Shown here: in pieces, positions 25,691 to 39,885 of the stretch
Position numbering within the stretch: the first letter of the stretch is position 1
How the letters are laid out: each line of letters begins with the position of its first letter
Origin: Eledone cirrhosa
Lineage: Eukaryota
Direction: 5' to 3'
Length of the DNA: 64,000 nt
NCBI GenBank assembly: GCA_964016885.1
Contig: OZ024743.1
Coordinates: forward strand, 69,688,001 to 69,752,000
Position numbers and translations under genes: made by a program
The notes under the pieces: model-generated
Database searches by the model: none
The model's input: the letters and a program-made list of their open reading frames with translations, nothing else
What the model was told of the DNA's origin: nothing

Positions 25691-25692
<2 letters not shown>
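24996..25692 (+). mobile_element. RTE-clade LINE RT C-terminal segment, inverted relative to its 3' end
   Basis: DTLAPYLFIIVVDY...EFADDI...GLRMNETKT...FLYLG...VLLYGSETWTLT...RLRLAGHAHGHPEL, with frameshifts. Confidence 0.9.
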
Positions 25693-25732
<40 letters not shown>

Positions 25733-25965
25733 TGAGAAGAATAGAGTGCTGCGTGGTTGCACATGGGTTACATATGAATAAAATTAGTCCTTCGTCAGTG
25801 ATTTTCCAACTTTCATTGGTATTTCATCGCTTTAAAAATCATATACGTCTAGTTGGTGCGAGCAATAGCTAAATAAGGCTATTGGGACAAGTAATATAGC
25901 GTAAAGCGAGCGAGACAAGTAAACAAACAAATAAGGTATTGCAACGGAAAGATAGGAAGATATAA

Positions 25966-26048
<83 letters not shown>

Positions 26049-26129
26049 CATACATACATATATATCCGTATGTGGTTACGGCTGAAAGAAAAGAAAAGTG
26101 TACTCAATATTGAATTAGTTTTAATATTC

Positions 26130-26242
26130 ATTTTATTAAGGCTAAATAGTGAGTCTTGTTATTTTGGAGTTTCGCCTGTTTATCGCAGGATCATGTGATA
26201 AAATCCAAAGTAAGAAGACTCACTATTCAGCTTTAATAAAAT
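26130..26242. mobile_element. Diverged fold-back element centred on a hammerhead core
   Basis: Arms ATTTTATTAAGGCTAAATAGTGAGTCTT / AAGACTCACTATTCAGCTTTAATAAAAT. The minus-strand centre reads ATGA-T-CCTG-cgataaa-CAGG-C-GAAAC. Confidence 0.65.
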
Positions 26243-26291
26243 ACTTATATATATATATATAAGTATTAACACACCTGTTAGTTCACCATAA

Positions 26292-26330
26292 CGAGAACAA
26301 TTGTTTCCCCTTATGCGGATCTTCAGCTCA
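26292..26330 (-). ncRNA. Complete minimal type I hammerhead ribozyme motif (Penelope-type)
   Basis: Minus strand TGAG-CTGAAGA-T-CC-gcataag-GG-GAAA-C-AATT-G-TT^CTCG: intact core, stem I GAG/CTC, palindromic ACAATTGT stem III. Confidence 0.7.
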
Positions 26331-26431
26331 GACTTGTAATGGTTACACTGAACAGGAAATACAACCATATGAACGCGCATGTGCAGAAACAGTCAATTCA
26401 TCCAGCGATACAAAACCACGGGCGAAAGGTG

Positions 26432-26553
<122 letters not shown>

Positions 26554-26699
26554 CTCAGCCGTTGGGCAGTAACTCTTTACAATGCCTGCACTCTAGTATC
26601 CTAAGTATCGCGCAGTTAGCTGAATAATTACCTTACACGTCTAAACTTGTAATTCCCAAGCTTCCACTCGCTCCCTCGCCCCTCTCTCTCACGTGCGCG

Positions 26700-26814
<115 letters not shown>

Positions 26815-26905
26815 TCAACATGAATGGACCTGTTATTTTTATCTAAAGACATTTTTTCCTCATCCATCCCGCCCGTCCTCTCAATCTATCTTATTTCTCA
26901 TTCTT

Positions 26906-26941
26906 TCTTCTGATGAAGGACTAGCATCCGAAACGTTAAGA
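26906..26941 (+). ncRNA. Family-D minimal hammerhead ribozyme motif
   Basis: TCTT-CTGATGA-A-GGA-ctagca-TCC-GAAA-CGTT^AAGA; stem I TCTT/AAGA; palindromic AACGTT allows stem III only in a dimer. Confidence 0.7.
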
Positions 26942-27028
26942 CCCTCTTCCTGCTATATCAAGCGTTAACTTAATATATCCCTTCCATATACTGTACCGAT
27001 TGTGTTGTTATTTCTGTTTACCTTTTAC

Positions 27029-27109
<81 letters not shown>

Positions 27110-27114
27110 ATAGC

Positions 27115-27350
27115 CAGGAAGATGCCGTGTCTTTGGGCAAGGCAGTTTATTTCACATTTTACTACCCCTCTCGTCTGGCAAAATTGAGGTTTACCTGTAA
27201 TTCAAAAGGGGACGCCTTGTAACACACAATGTGTCACACTGAATCTCCCTGAGAACTAAGAATACTCGACCATGTGCATGTTCATTACCCGATCGTGCTG
27301 TTCAGCTGTTCAACCTTCTGGAATACTCGTTTTGGGATCCAACGTAGGCC
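27115..27350 (+). mobile_element. CORE-like SINE remnant
   Basis: GTGTCTTTGGGCAAGGCAGTTTATTTCAC core-like motif; related pieces at 41330-41420, 49290-49370, 51430-51600 and 54290-54352. Confidence 0.55.
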
Positions 27351-27504
27351 CTACACTAGACACACAATTAATTCATTGACTCACTTAATTGATCATTTGG
27401 CTGTTGGACCGTTTGTTCGTTGAATCACAAGCTATTCACTTGTCCTCTCCATTCATCTACAGTTGAGGTGAAACATCTCTCAAGAGGCCCGTAGTAAGAC
27501 GGCT

Positions 27505-27585
27505 GAAACCAAAGTCTTTAATGAATCAGCAGAAACCAAAGTCTTTAATGAATCAGCAGGAACCAAAGTCTTTAATGATTTAGCA
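27505..27585 (+). repeat. 3 x 27-bp tandem repeat starting at the GAAAC of a degenerate hammerhead-like motif
   Basis: GAAACCAAAGTCTTTAATGAATCAGCA at 27505, 27532 and 27559. Confidence 0.85.
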
Positions 27586-27929
27586 GTATAACAAAGACTG
27601 GTTCGGTAAATCACATGTTTACAATATCTTTATTTGTGAACAGATCGGAGTGAAAATATATAACAGGAGACTAAATAATTTAATATGTGATATACAATAT
27701 ATATGTATGGTCCTGTAATTCTTCTGAGAGTCGTAGAGGGTCCTTATTGACATATAGTGTTTCTAAGTCATTTTAAAACCTGCTGGAGTTCATCTCTTCA
27801 CCAGGTCTGAATACAGTATATTTCATCCAGAGACTAGACGGCTATATTTTTCTCAACTCCAAATGGATGAAAGGGCACGTTGACATTGGTGTTATCTAAA
27901 CTCAGAGAGCAGACAGCCGAAACGAATAC

Positions 27930-28263
27930 TGTGGGCATGCCAACAAAGTCAGAAAACAGCACAGCTCCCATGACTTTCGGAAACATTTTTTCACGCTCAG
28001 AGTTGCTGAAGCATGGAGCAAACTACCTGCATCAGTTATTAGCTGTCGAGACACAGCATCCTTTAAAACCTCCATGCTTCCTGACATTCGCCAACACTAC
28101 ACCTAATATTCTCCCTCCATACACACGCACGCATGTATATCATGACTCATACACTATGCACTTCTCTGACATTTGTATATTATTCTATGTACTATACATG
28201 CACTTTTGATGAGTTGTAGTGCACCTGAGCACTGTACACAATAATTTCATTATTATTATTATT
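27930..28263 (+). mobile_element. CR1-clade LINE 3' end with (ATT)n tail, nested in a minus-strand SINE
   Basis: GHANKVRKQHSSHDFRKHFFTLRVAEAWSKLPASVISC... matches the CR1 'RGH..K...R..FF..RV...WN.LP' motif; SINE halves on both sides. Confidence 0.8.
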
Positions 28264-29324
28264 GTATTTTATCCGACGTTCTAACAGCCCTGCCAAATCG
28301 CTGCCTCTATACCTAATATATTGCAGTCAATTAGTCTAAAAATATATTGCAGTCAATTATGCTAAAAGTATTGTTGTATGAGTATTTTTTAAAGAAATAC
28401 ACAAAACACACGTGCCTCGAATTTAGTCGCTAAACCCGTGCAATAATCGGATTCACAAACCATCTACGGACACAAAATCCGAACAACTAAAGCTAAACTC
28501 ATTCACTGTCTTCGGCTACTTATAGACGAACAAGACATACAAGAATTTGTACCAACGCTTTATGGTAAGGACCTCACATAGGTAATACATTGAGTAGAAG
28601 CAGGTTTCCTAGGTGAAATTGATTAGATTTCTATACATCTAACCTCCTTCATCTCACAATCTATCGGTTGGTTTTAATGTATTAACTCTCATCGTTTCAA
28701 TATCTCTACGTATTTTAATTTCTCTTAATCTTTTTTTTTTCCGTCTTTCTATAACTTCAATACTTCAGTTCGTTTACTTCTTGGTAGTGGTTGTAATGGC
28801 AGCATTGGTGGAGTTTTTTTTTTGTGGTTGTAAATGCGTTGTTGTTGGTGGAGGTAGGGATTGTGCCTGTAGTGATGTTGGTGGAGGCATTCTTGTTAAT
28901 GGTGGTTGTAGTGGCGTTGTTATTGTTGATGATTGTAGTGGTGCTAATCTTGTCATCGTCGTCGTTGTTGTTGTTGTTGTTATTTATCTTCTTCTTCTTC
29001 TTCTTCTTCTTCTTCTTCTTCTCCCCCCCCTCCTCTTCCTCTTCCATCAGATCTACAACAGCCTCTATATAACCTTGACAGATCATAAACCCATAAACAA
29101 CAGAATATTCACTCCTCACCGATGTTGCTGTGCTCTATTTCACTTTCTCACTCTCTCCCTCATTCCACACCCACTAACATACAAATACACATAAAGATAT
29201 GTGTATATATACACAAGCATGTATATATGGACCTGTGTATATGCTGCAAAGACTGGCGTCCGACCCTCTAACAACACTGCCAATCCACCGCAAAAAATGG
29301 GCCATTAAATATATACACAGAAGG

Positions 29325-29512
29325 GAGGTAAATTGGCAGCCTCGATAGAGGGTCGAACGCCATACTTTGACGCATACAGTTATGGCCCTTGCCATTCTGA
29401 GTTCAAATCCCACCGAGATTAACTTTGCCTTTCATCCTTACGGGGTCGATAAAATAGAGTACCAGTAATGTACTGGGTAATTGCTGGCCTTGTGCCAATA
29501 GTAGAAACAATT
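29325..29512 (+). mobile_element. tRNA-derived SINE (near full length; inverted head fragment at 29240-29291)
   Basis: TGGCAG A-box-like start, GAGTTCAAATCCC B box, TTTGCCTTTCATCCTTACGGGGTCGATAAAAT. Confidence 0.85.
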
Positions 29513-29638
29513 TAATATATACACAGGACATTCACACACACACACACACTCACACACACACATCTATATATGTATGTAGGCGCGCGTGCGTGTGTATGAT
29601 ATATAGTGACTGGAAATAAAAAAATATAATATAAAATG

Positions 29639-29671
<33 letters not shown>

Positions 29672-29679
29672 TATAGATA

Positions 29680-29902
29680 TTATATTTAATTTGTTTGGAT
29701 ACAACAAGCAAAATATTTGTAGAACAGGAGATTCCAACCAGAATGGTTGCATTTTTTCAGGGTATGTCAATATTTATTTATAAAACTAACCTATATTATA
29801 TGTTATCTGATGAAAGCACACCCTAGTTTGCCTTCGTGGCCCTTGAAATATGTATAATGAAATAAATATGGTTTTATAAATATATTTTCCATTTGTTAAT
29901 AT

Positions 29903-29905
<3 letters not shown>
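29680..29905 (+). mobile_element. Family-B hammerhead-bearing element in (TA)n
   Basis: CTGATGAA...TGAAATATGTATAATGAAATAAATATGGTTTTATAAA, homologous to 31511-31687. Confidence 0.7.
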
Positions 29906-29939
<34 letters not shown>

Positions 29940-30367
29940 AGGGTCATATTTGTGTAATAATATTGCCAGAATTAATAACAGAACACACTCACTGTTTGGT
30001 TGGTTTTCGCTTCTGTGTATTTTATATCGATTAATTTAATTTATTCGGTCCTCAATGTTACCAATGACTGACGAACGGTCAAAAATACAGATATAATATA
30101 GATACAAACACATATATATAGTCTAACAAATTTCTTTCGTTGCACATCTGACGATGTTGCAGATGTGCAACGAAAGAACTTTGTTTGACTATATATATGT
30201 GTTTGGTCTATATTATATCTGTATTTTTGACCGTTGGTCACTCAATGGTAACATTGTGGACCGAATAAATTAAATTAACCGATATAAAAGACACAAGCGA
30301 AAACCAACCAAACAGTGAGTGTGTTCTGTTATTAATTCTAGCAATATTATTACACAAATATGACCCT
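29940..30367. mobile_element. Family-C long fold-back element (~210-bp arms) centred on a hammerhead core
   Basis: Arms 29940-30150 / 30160-30367; centre CTGACGA-T-GTTGC-agatgt-GCAAC-GAAA (30148-30175); terminal fragment also at 53991-54033. Confidence 0.85.
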
Positions 30368-30550
30368 CCCAAGTATAACAATATTTGTTTCGACACACGA
30401 TTTCATATCAAAAACCTCGCAAAACTAATTTATATATATATATATATAAAATATATCTAACATACATACACACACACATACATTTATATATTTATGTGTG
30501 TGTGTGTATGCATGTATATACATATATATGTACATACGTTACATATACGT

Positions 30551-30606
<56 letters not shown>

Positions 30607-31097
30607 TCTTAAGTACAAATCCACTTATGAACATGCATGGGAATAAAGGTTGTGTGTAAAGAGTGTGGTAGGGGAGATAATGGAAAGCCCCCTGAAACAG
30701 TAATATGGCATTTCTATTAACAGAAATATCTGTATTTAGATTTAAGAACCCCACCCCTACATATGACCCTTTATTCATCATCTCAACACACATCTCTCCC
30801 TTTCAATGAAATGATTAGTCTATATTACAGTCATATTTCTACAGCTAACAGTGTTTACTATTCGAGGCCTGGGTGTTGTTGTTGCTGTTGTTATTGTTGT
30901 TATGTTTCATACATATATGAGATCCATATTCTATTGCACGTAAAGACAATTACACTATTACTGATACTACTACTACTACTACTACCAGCAGTAACACTAC
31001 TACTACTAATGCCGCCAGCAGCACTACAACTACTACTACCACCACCATCACTACTACTTCTATCACCAACATATACAATTATATGTATATATATATA

Positions 31098-31755
<658 letters not shown>

Positions 31756-31772
31756 ATTTTAAATAGAACTTT

Positions 31773-31819
<47 letters not shown>

Positions 31820-31904
31820 CTATCTATCTATTTCTCTCTCTTTCACTCTCTCTCTATATATATCTATCTATCTATCTATCTATCTATCTCTATCTATCTA
31901 TCCA

Positions 31905-31952
<48 letters not shown>

Positions 31953-31958
31953 CACTCA

Positions 31959-32125
31959 GGCGCGCGGGCGTTCAATTGGCAGAGTCATTAAAATGTCGGG
32001 TAGAACGCTTTGTGGTATTCGTTCCGGCTTTCAGTTCCCTAAGTTTAAATACCGCCGAGGTCAACCTCCCTTCCACCTTCTTGAGGTCGATAAAAAAGTA
32101 CCATTCTAGAACTTGGGTCGATTTT
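31959..32125 (+). mobile_element. tRNA-derived SINE, diverged
   Basis: TGGCAGAGTC...AAGTTTAAATACCGCCGAGGTCAAC...GGTCGATAAAAAAGTACC. Confidence 0.7.
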
Positions 32126-32271
32126 TCCTCTATATAATTTTCTTGATTCCTCTTTCTCACTTGCTATCCGTCTACTGAGAGCAGATGTGACTCGCCACGA
32201 TCAAAATGCCCGAGAAACGCCGCATGTCAATACGACGCCTCTACGACTCTGTTAGAGTTAGAGGACATACC

Positions 32272-32365
<94 letters not shown>

Positions 32366-32396
32366 GTATATTTATATTTACAAACACATACATATA

Positions 32397-32745
32397 TAAT
32401 AATAATAATAATAATGAAATGATTGTGTAAAGTGCTCAGGTGCACTACAACTCGTCAAAGGTGCATGTATAGTACATAGAATAATATACAAATGTCAGGG
32501 AAGTGAATAGTCATGATATACATATGTGTATGTGTATGGAGGGGGAACATTAGGTGTAGTGTAGGCGAATCTCTGGAAGCATGGAGGTTTCAAAGGATGC
32601 AGTGTCTCGACAGCTAATAACTGATGCAGGTAGTTTGTTCCATGCTTCAGTAACTCTGAGCGTGAAAAAATGTTTCCAAGAGTCATGGGAACTGTGCTGT
32701 TTTCTGACTTTGTGGGCATGCCCACGTGTGTTAGACACATGGAAA
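32397..32745 (-). mobile_element. CR1-clade LINE 3' end with (ATT)n tail
   Basis: ORF 32550-32738 SNTRGHAHKVRKQHSSHDSWKHFFTLRVTEAWNKLPASVISC; same family as 27930. Confidence 0.85.
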
Positions 32746-32866
32746 TCAAAAAGGTACTCAGAGTTGTTGTTGGCAAGATGGTTAACATATATATCATACG
32801 TATGGATGTAAATATATATATATATATATATATATCAATAAATATATATATATGTATATACATATG

Positions 32867-32927
<61 letters not shown>

Positions 32928-33063
32928 GAAGGATTTCTAATTAGGACATTCGTAAGATTGTGAATACGTTAAGCGTATGTTCAGCCACTTGAACATTAAT
33001 TTCATGAGCAAGCTGTTCCGTTGATCGGAAAACACTTCGTCGTAACCGACGGAGTGCCTCAGT

Positions 33064-33094
<31 letters not shown>

Positions 33095-33160
33095 CAGATC
33101 GTGTCCCCTACTCTCTAATATATTTGCACTCTACTATCTTAAGTATCGGATAATCTGCTT

Positions 33161-33225
<65 letters not shown>

Positions 33226-33337
33226 ATCTCACACACACCCTCTCTCTCTCTCCCACTAGTAACGTGCAACACCATCTTTATCCACCGAATTGCCTTGGTA
33301 TAGTTGATGAGGAAGGAGATTTGTTTGCTTATATATG

Positions 33338-33394
<57 letters not shown>

Positions 33395-33395
33395 T

Positions 33396-33880
33396 AGAAA
33401 GTGAGGTTTTTCTACAAAATGAAAAATAACCGAGGTGTCCTACACGAGTGAAAGTATAAAGAAAAAAGATGAAGTCGAAAATGCAACTGGAGTCTTATTT
33501 TTAAAGAAATATATATATTTATTTGGTTCCTTTACCGGTTTCGCAGTTCTTCTGCTTTTCAAAAGGGGTTTATAGTAATAGGAATATTTATATTTATATA
33601 TGTTTGATATAACTATAAATATGTAGGGTAGTTCTAAGTACTAACCAGTTACCGGTATGACAAAAGGCTCAATGCAAATTTTCAAGTGTTTTACAGAGCC
33701 GAGATAGAAAGTGTTAAAACGATCAAATTTTAGTTTAGAACATTTATTAGCTGACAATTGTTTCTTCCAGAGGGAAGACTGGAATCATCGGAGCTCCGAT
33801 GATTCGAGACTTCCCTCTGGAAGAAACAATTGTCAGCAAATAAATGTTCTAAACTAAAATCTTATCGTTTTAACACTTTG
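33396..33880. mobile_element. Penelope-like remnant in (TA)n with a terminal fold-back and hammerhead-like motifs
   Basis: Palindrome 33707-33879 centred on GGAGCTCC; arm reads GCT-CCGATGA-TTCCAG...CTGGAA-GAAA-C-AATT-G-TC^AGC (consensus of both arms). A second degenerate motif lies on the minus strand at ~33533-33565 (GCAG-aagaa-CTGC-GAAACCGGTA). Confidence 0.75.
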
Positions 33881-33883
33881 TAT

Positions 33884-33959
<76 letters not shown>

Positions 33960-34058
33960 ATATATATATAGGTAAGAGGAGAGAGTGAAAGGCAAACAAA
34001 ACAAGCTAAGCCACGCAAACATGTTATTGAAATTGATTTATATTTAATCTCATCTGTT

Positions 34059-34116
<58 letters not shown>

Positions 34117-34118
34117 AA

Positions 34119-34194
<76 letters not shown>

Positions 34195-34251
34195 AATATG
34201 TATATACATATATTTTATATATATATATGTATATATATATATACATGTATG

Positions 34252-34297
<46 letters not shown>

Positions 34298-34632
34298 GAT
34301 ATATATATATATATACATATACATAGATACTTTTTATTTATAATGTATGTATGTATACTTATATATTGATGTACATATATATATAATACGTATGATACAT
34401 GATAAATGTATTCGCTTACCAAAGAAACTGATAAAACTATTTACTGACAGTAAGATTACTTTGATCGATTACTAGACAGATAAATCGATATGTAAATCAA
34501 TAAATTGATAAAATTCCCAAAGTTGTTCACATATGCGTGTGTGCGCGAAAGCATCTACGCTTACATATAAATATCTGTATATTTGTAGATGCACACACGC
34601 CCACTCACAAACACACGTACATATATATATAT

Positions 34633-34683
<51 letters not shown>

Positions 34684-35431
34684 TGTGTGTGTATATATAT
34701 ATATGTACATATATATATATGTACACGTAAGTTCGTATATATGGGTGTGTGTGTGTGTGTATGTGTGTTTGTATGCGTGTGTATCCAAATTGTGGGTTTG
34801 GGTAACTGTGTGTATGCGTGCAATTCTTTGTATATTATATATATATTCTTTTCAGTAATACTTGTCAAAACAGCAGGAAAAGTCTTAATATATTTTACAA
34901 TATTATATTCAGTGTAAGAGGTTGATTGGGGCAGTTTGCGTGAACTTTGATGACCCTCCAGGACTGAAATACTTTCTCAATTCTTAGAATGAATTCAAGT
35001 TCCAGTCACTTCCATACCAGATGTCAAAACAAGAAGGAAAGTTAATTTACTTTCGTATTGCAAACCTCCTAAAAATGTAAATAGTAATTCCGATCACCAA
35101 CTGGGACGTTGTAATCGATTATATTGACTGTAGACGAGCTTTTGTTACAACTTGTTAGTGGTACCCCAAAAAGAAATAACCTTGAATCTAGTGCTATTCC
35201 TGACAACAAACGTGCCGATTAGCCGTGTAAGAAAACCACTAGCCTTATTGATATAATTTAAACTATATAACAATGGCATAGAGACTGCATTGGAAATACA
35301 AACAGGTATAGTGGAGATGTGTGGTATGAATATATCTACATGGTTCGATCAGGAGGCCGAGTGAAAATAAGATTTTGTAGAGGAACGGATGTTGTCTGTT
35401 ATAGAAAGTCACAATTTCCTGTTTCTGTTTG

Positions 35432-35713
35432 AAGGATTAGATTAAGACCTCGAGGGTTCTTCATACACAAAAAATTAGAATACACAGCAACCCCTCCCCC
35501 CAATTTTACATATCAAAGTTAGCTTGGCACAAGTAATTGGAATTGAAAAGTTATAAATACAGGTATTAAATTCAAAAATTCTAACCATACTAATACCAAA
35601 AAAAGCCCAACTGAGGGCACAAATAATTTGCTACGGCTATCGCTGGTGAACCCCACCCCACTGCAGGGGGCCCAAGGCATATGGGCTTTTCGTCTCTCAT
35701 TAAATGCGGCCCT
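35432..35713 (+). mobile_element. Non-autonomous DNA transposon (MITE) remnant, same family as 59820-60106
   Basis: Shared internal CTGAGGGCACAAATAA.TTG.TACGG and terminal TTAAAT.CGGCCCT. Confidence 0.7.
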
Positions 35714-35814
35714 ATCTGTTTGCCACCAACGTATCAGAAAACAATGTGAAATCAGTAAATATTTAGTAGCTGAAATTTATGGGAAAATTTACAAAATTTA
35801 CGAAAACCTCCCGA

Positions 35815-36090
35815 CTTACCACCATAGGCGCTGAGCTTGCTAGCTGCAGGTGTGAGCCTCGCGAAATGGAATGGCTCTTCCAGTGCATCTCCCTTACTAC
35901 TCTGCGGGGAAACGCCTTCTCCATTCCGTCCGCCGGGGCCGTGTGTGGGGGGAGGTGGCAGCAATTAGAGCCCCGTTTGCTCATAATAGAAAGAGATGGT
36001 GAGGGCGAGAGAGATGGAGGCGATGACAGTAGGAGTTCGGCTCTTCTGTGTTCGGACCTGGTGTGCAGCATCAGTTGTCTGTAAGGATGT
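35815..36090 (+). mobile_element. CRE-like (restriction-like endonuclease) non-LTR retrotransposon 3' remnant
   Basis: LTTIGAELASCRCEPREMEWLFQCISLTTLRGNAFSI matches the CRE-clade C-terminal 'L.QR.S.A..RGNA' motif. Confidence 0.65.
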
Positions 36091-36894
36091 AGTGATTCAT
36101 AATTACTTATGACAAGCCGACTCATTAATGTATATTGCAGGATTATCACTACCATATCAATGAAAGATTGTATCCAGTTGTGAAGACTATATATTTAGGA
36201 GGAGGTCAGTTTAACAGGGTCAGTAACGGGATGTATATTCGTTCTTGGCTTCTGCTTTCTGAGTTCAAACACTGCGAAAGGAGATTTGGTTTTTCATCTT
36301 TTCGATATCGATAATGAAATTACCAGCCCAGTGCTGGGGCAACACCTCTCCTTCCAGACTTCATCCTATGTGTTCTGCTTGATTAAAATAATGAGGGTCG
36401 AGAGAGAGCTTTTGTTTGTGATTGTGATTGCATGGGCACCTAAAACACTTACTGAAAGCATGGTATATTCTACGAAGTCGAACTTCGTTGCGAATGACAT
36501 CTCTACCTTTTTAAATTATATGTGTAATAAGTTGAACATGAAATTATGTATGTAGAGGTTATTATAACTTATTGTAGAGTACAGCTATATATATACTTCT
36601 TTTCTTCTTTTTCATTGCTCTTCGTTTTGTTGAGACGGCCCCTGGGGCTAACGTTTAAGATCCGTTTTCCAGATGAAGTTATTTAAGAAGCAACCGAAAG
36701 AAAATGATCCGTTAGGACTCCCAAGTGAGACCAACTTAGCTTGTGGATGTTATCTAACTATATTCCTTCTATGGATATTATAAGCCAGCATCATAGCTCC
36801 AATAATATTTTAATGTAATGAATTTAAGAATGATTAGGTCGAATATAACTTCGTATTTATTTTCAACATTTAACCTCGTGCTGCATTAAAATGA

Positions 36895-37085
36895 TTCTTT
36901 CCAGCACTGGTACCTGGCCAGCTATTGTTAAGAAGGGGTATGTCGATTTTATTGAATGCAGTACTTAACTGGTATGTTATTATCTCGGCCTCAGAAGGTG
37001 GAAAGCAAAGTTAACCTCCGTGTGATTTGAACTCAGAACTTAGAGAATCATAACTACGTATTGTGGTAGTGCCAAACCATCTCCT
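36895..37085 (-). mobile_element. tRNA-derived SINE
   Basis: CAGTACTTAACTGGTA...GAAAGCAAAGTTAACCTC...GATTTGAACTCAGA. Confidence 0.7.
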
Positions 37086-37727
37086 TCACGTTAAAATACA
37101 TAATAATAATATGTCGAATATGGAACGATACTGATATATGTCTGCTTTCACGTCAGAATGAAAACAAAACTGGTTTTAAATGTTAACTTTCCCTAAATTG
37201 AACATAAATCCCTCAACCTTTTTTGATTATATTTACAATTTTATTAAATATAATATATTTATTAGACACTTCTTTTCATATTCAAGCCAACTTTTAGCGC
37301 ACTTTCCATCATGTTAACTTATCATTCGTTCATCTTCGTTGATTGGCATTTATCTTCGCCCTTCTTCGTACAATTTCGCCTATCTTCGCCTGCCATCATT
37401 TATCGACTATTCAAGTTTTCGTTTTAATGTCAGCTAGAGGTTGCACAGTTAGCCAAATGGAATCTTGCCAAACTAACAAGCAAGTAAATTGAAAAAAGAT
37501 TCCCTAGAAAATACATGAAAGGGAAATAAGAAGAGTTAGAACTTATAATAGAAAGTAGCCATTTCGTCGTCCAAAAGCCATGTTGAATATCGAAATAACA
37601 TTGACAATACTTGAACAAGTCACGACACACGTACACATATAGATATATAACTACCTACCGCATACATACATACTTCTATACAAAAAAACGCTTTAACTCA
37701 CAGGTATCCACATAACCACAAAAGGCT

Positions 37728-37828
<101 letters not shown>

Positions 37829-37874
37829 ACCTCACACACACTATATATATATATGTTTGTATTTATGTATATAC

Positions 37875-37917
<43 letters not shown>

Positions 37918-38248
37918 CGCCCACACACACACCACACAGAGAATTCTATGCATATGTGGTATATACGCGTAGATGTGTGTATTTTAGGGTAGGGCATACA
38001 GCATGTTCCGTAAGAATAAATCGCTAGCTTCCTTTGGTGGACTTACTTTGTTGTTGCTGTATAGAAAAGATATTTAAAAGAAGCAGACAGTTCATCTTCC
38101 CCAAGGATGTTCCTTGTTATAGTGGATCAATCAGTTATATTAAGCATCAAAGACTAAAACTTCATCGGCGTTATCGATTATCTTGTTGCTTTTGCCATCT
38201 AACATACACCCATACCCACAACTCTACACACACATACACGCACACACG

Positions 38249-38388
<140 letters not shown>

Positions 38389-38606
38389 ATGTGTGTATGT
38401 AAATATGTATATATGTGTGTGTGAAGGGTGTGTGCGTTTCTCTATATATGTATGTAGTATATGTGTATATATAAAAATGTATATATAAAAGTTTCTATCT
38501 ACCTATCTTTTCTTTTCTCCTCTCAACTCCTCTATTGTTAGGTTTTTGTCAGGTATCTTGCTTTATCTCTGTCTCTCTCTCTTTCTCTTACTCACCTTCT
38601 CCCCCA

Positions 38607-38640
<34 letters not shown>

Positions 38641-38879
38641 ATATATATATATTTATATATATATGCAATTCAATGTATTCATTACACTGTCTAGTATAAT
38701 ACAGAACATTCTTAACTCCTAATTCTTCCCCACTTCCATCACCATCACCATCATCATCAACAACAACATCACTACAACCTCGAACAATACCACAACCCAC
38801 ACTATCCACCATCACATATATTACTAACACCAAGAGGATGAGGGCATCAATGGCCATGATCGTGATCATGGGCTATTTC

Positions 38880-39525
<646 letters not shown>

Positions 39526-39782
39526 CACACATACATACATATTTATATATATATAAATATGTTCACACACGTACACATGTGTATATATATGTGTGTGTGT
39601 ATATATATATATAATGTGCAACTCGGTATCTTTAGCTGTATACATCAATAAAGCTGCTCTTATATTCTTCAAAAACTTTCCTGCTAATTTACTGTCCTTT
39701 CAACCAAATTGTTTCACATTTCTAGATTTGCATATGTCTCTATTCTGACGTAGGTGTGTGTAGGCATACACAGGCACACATA

Positions 39783-39885
<103 letters not shown>

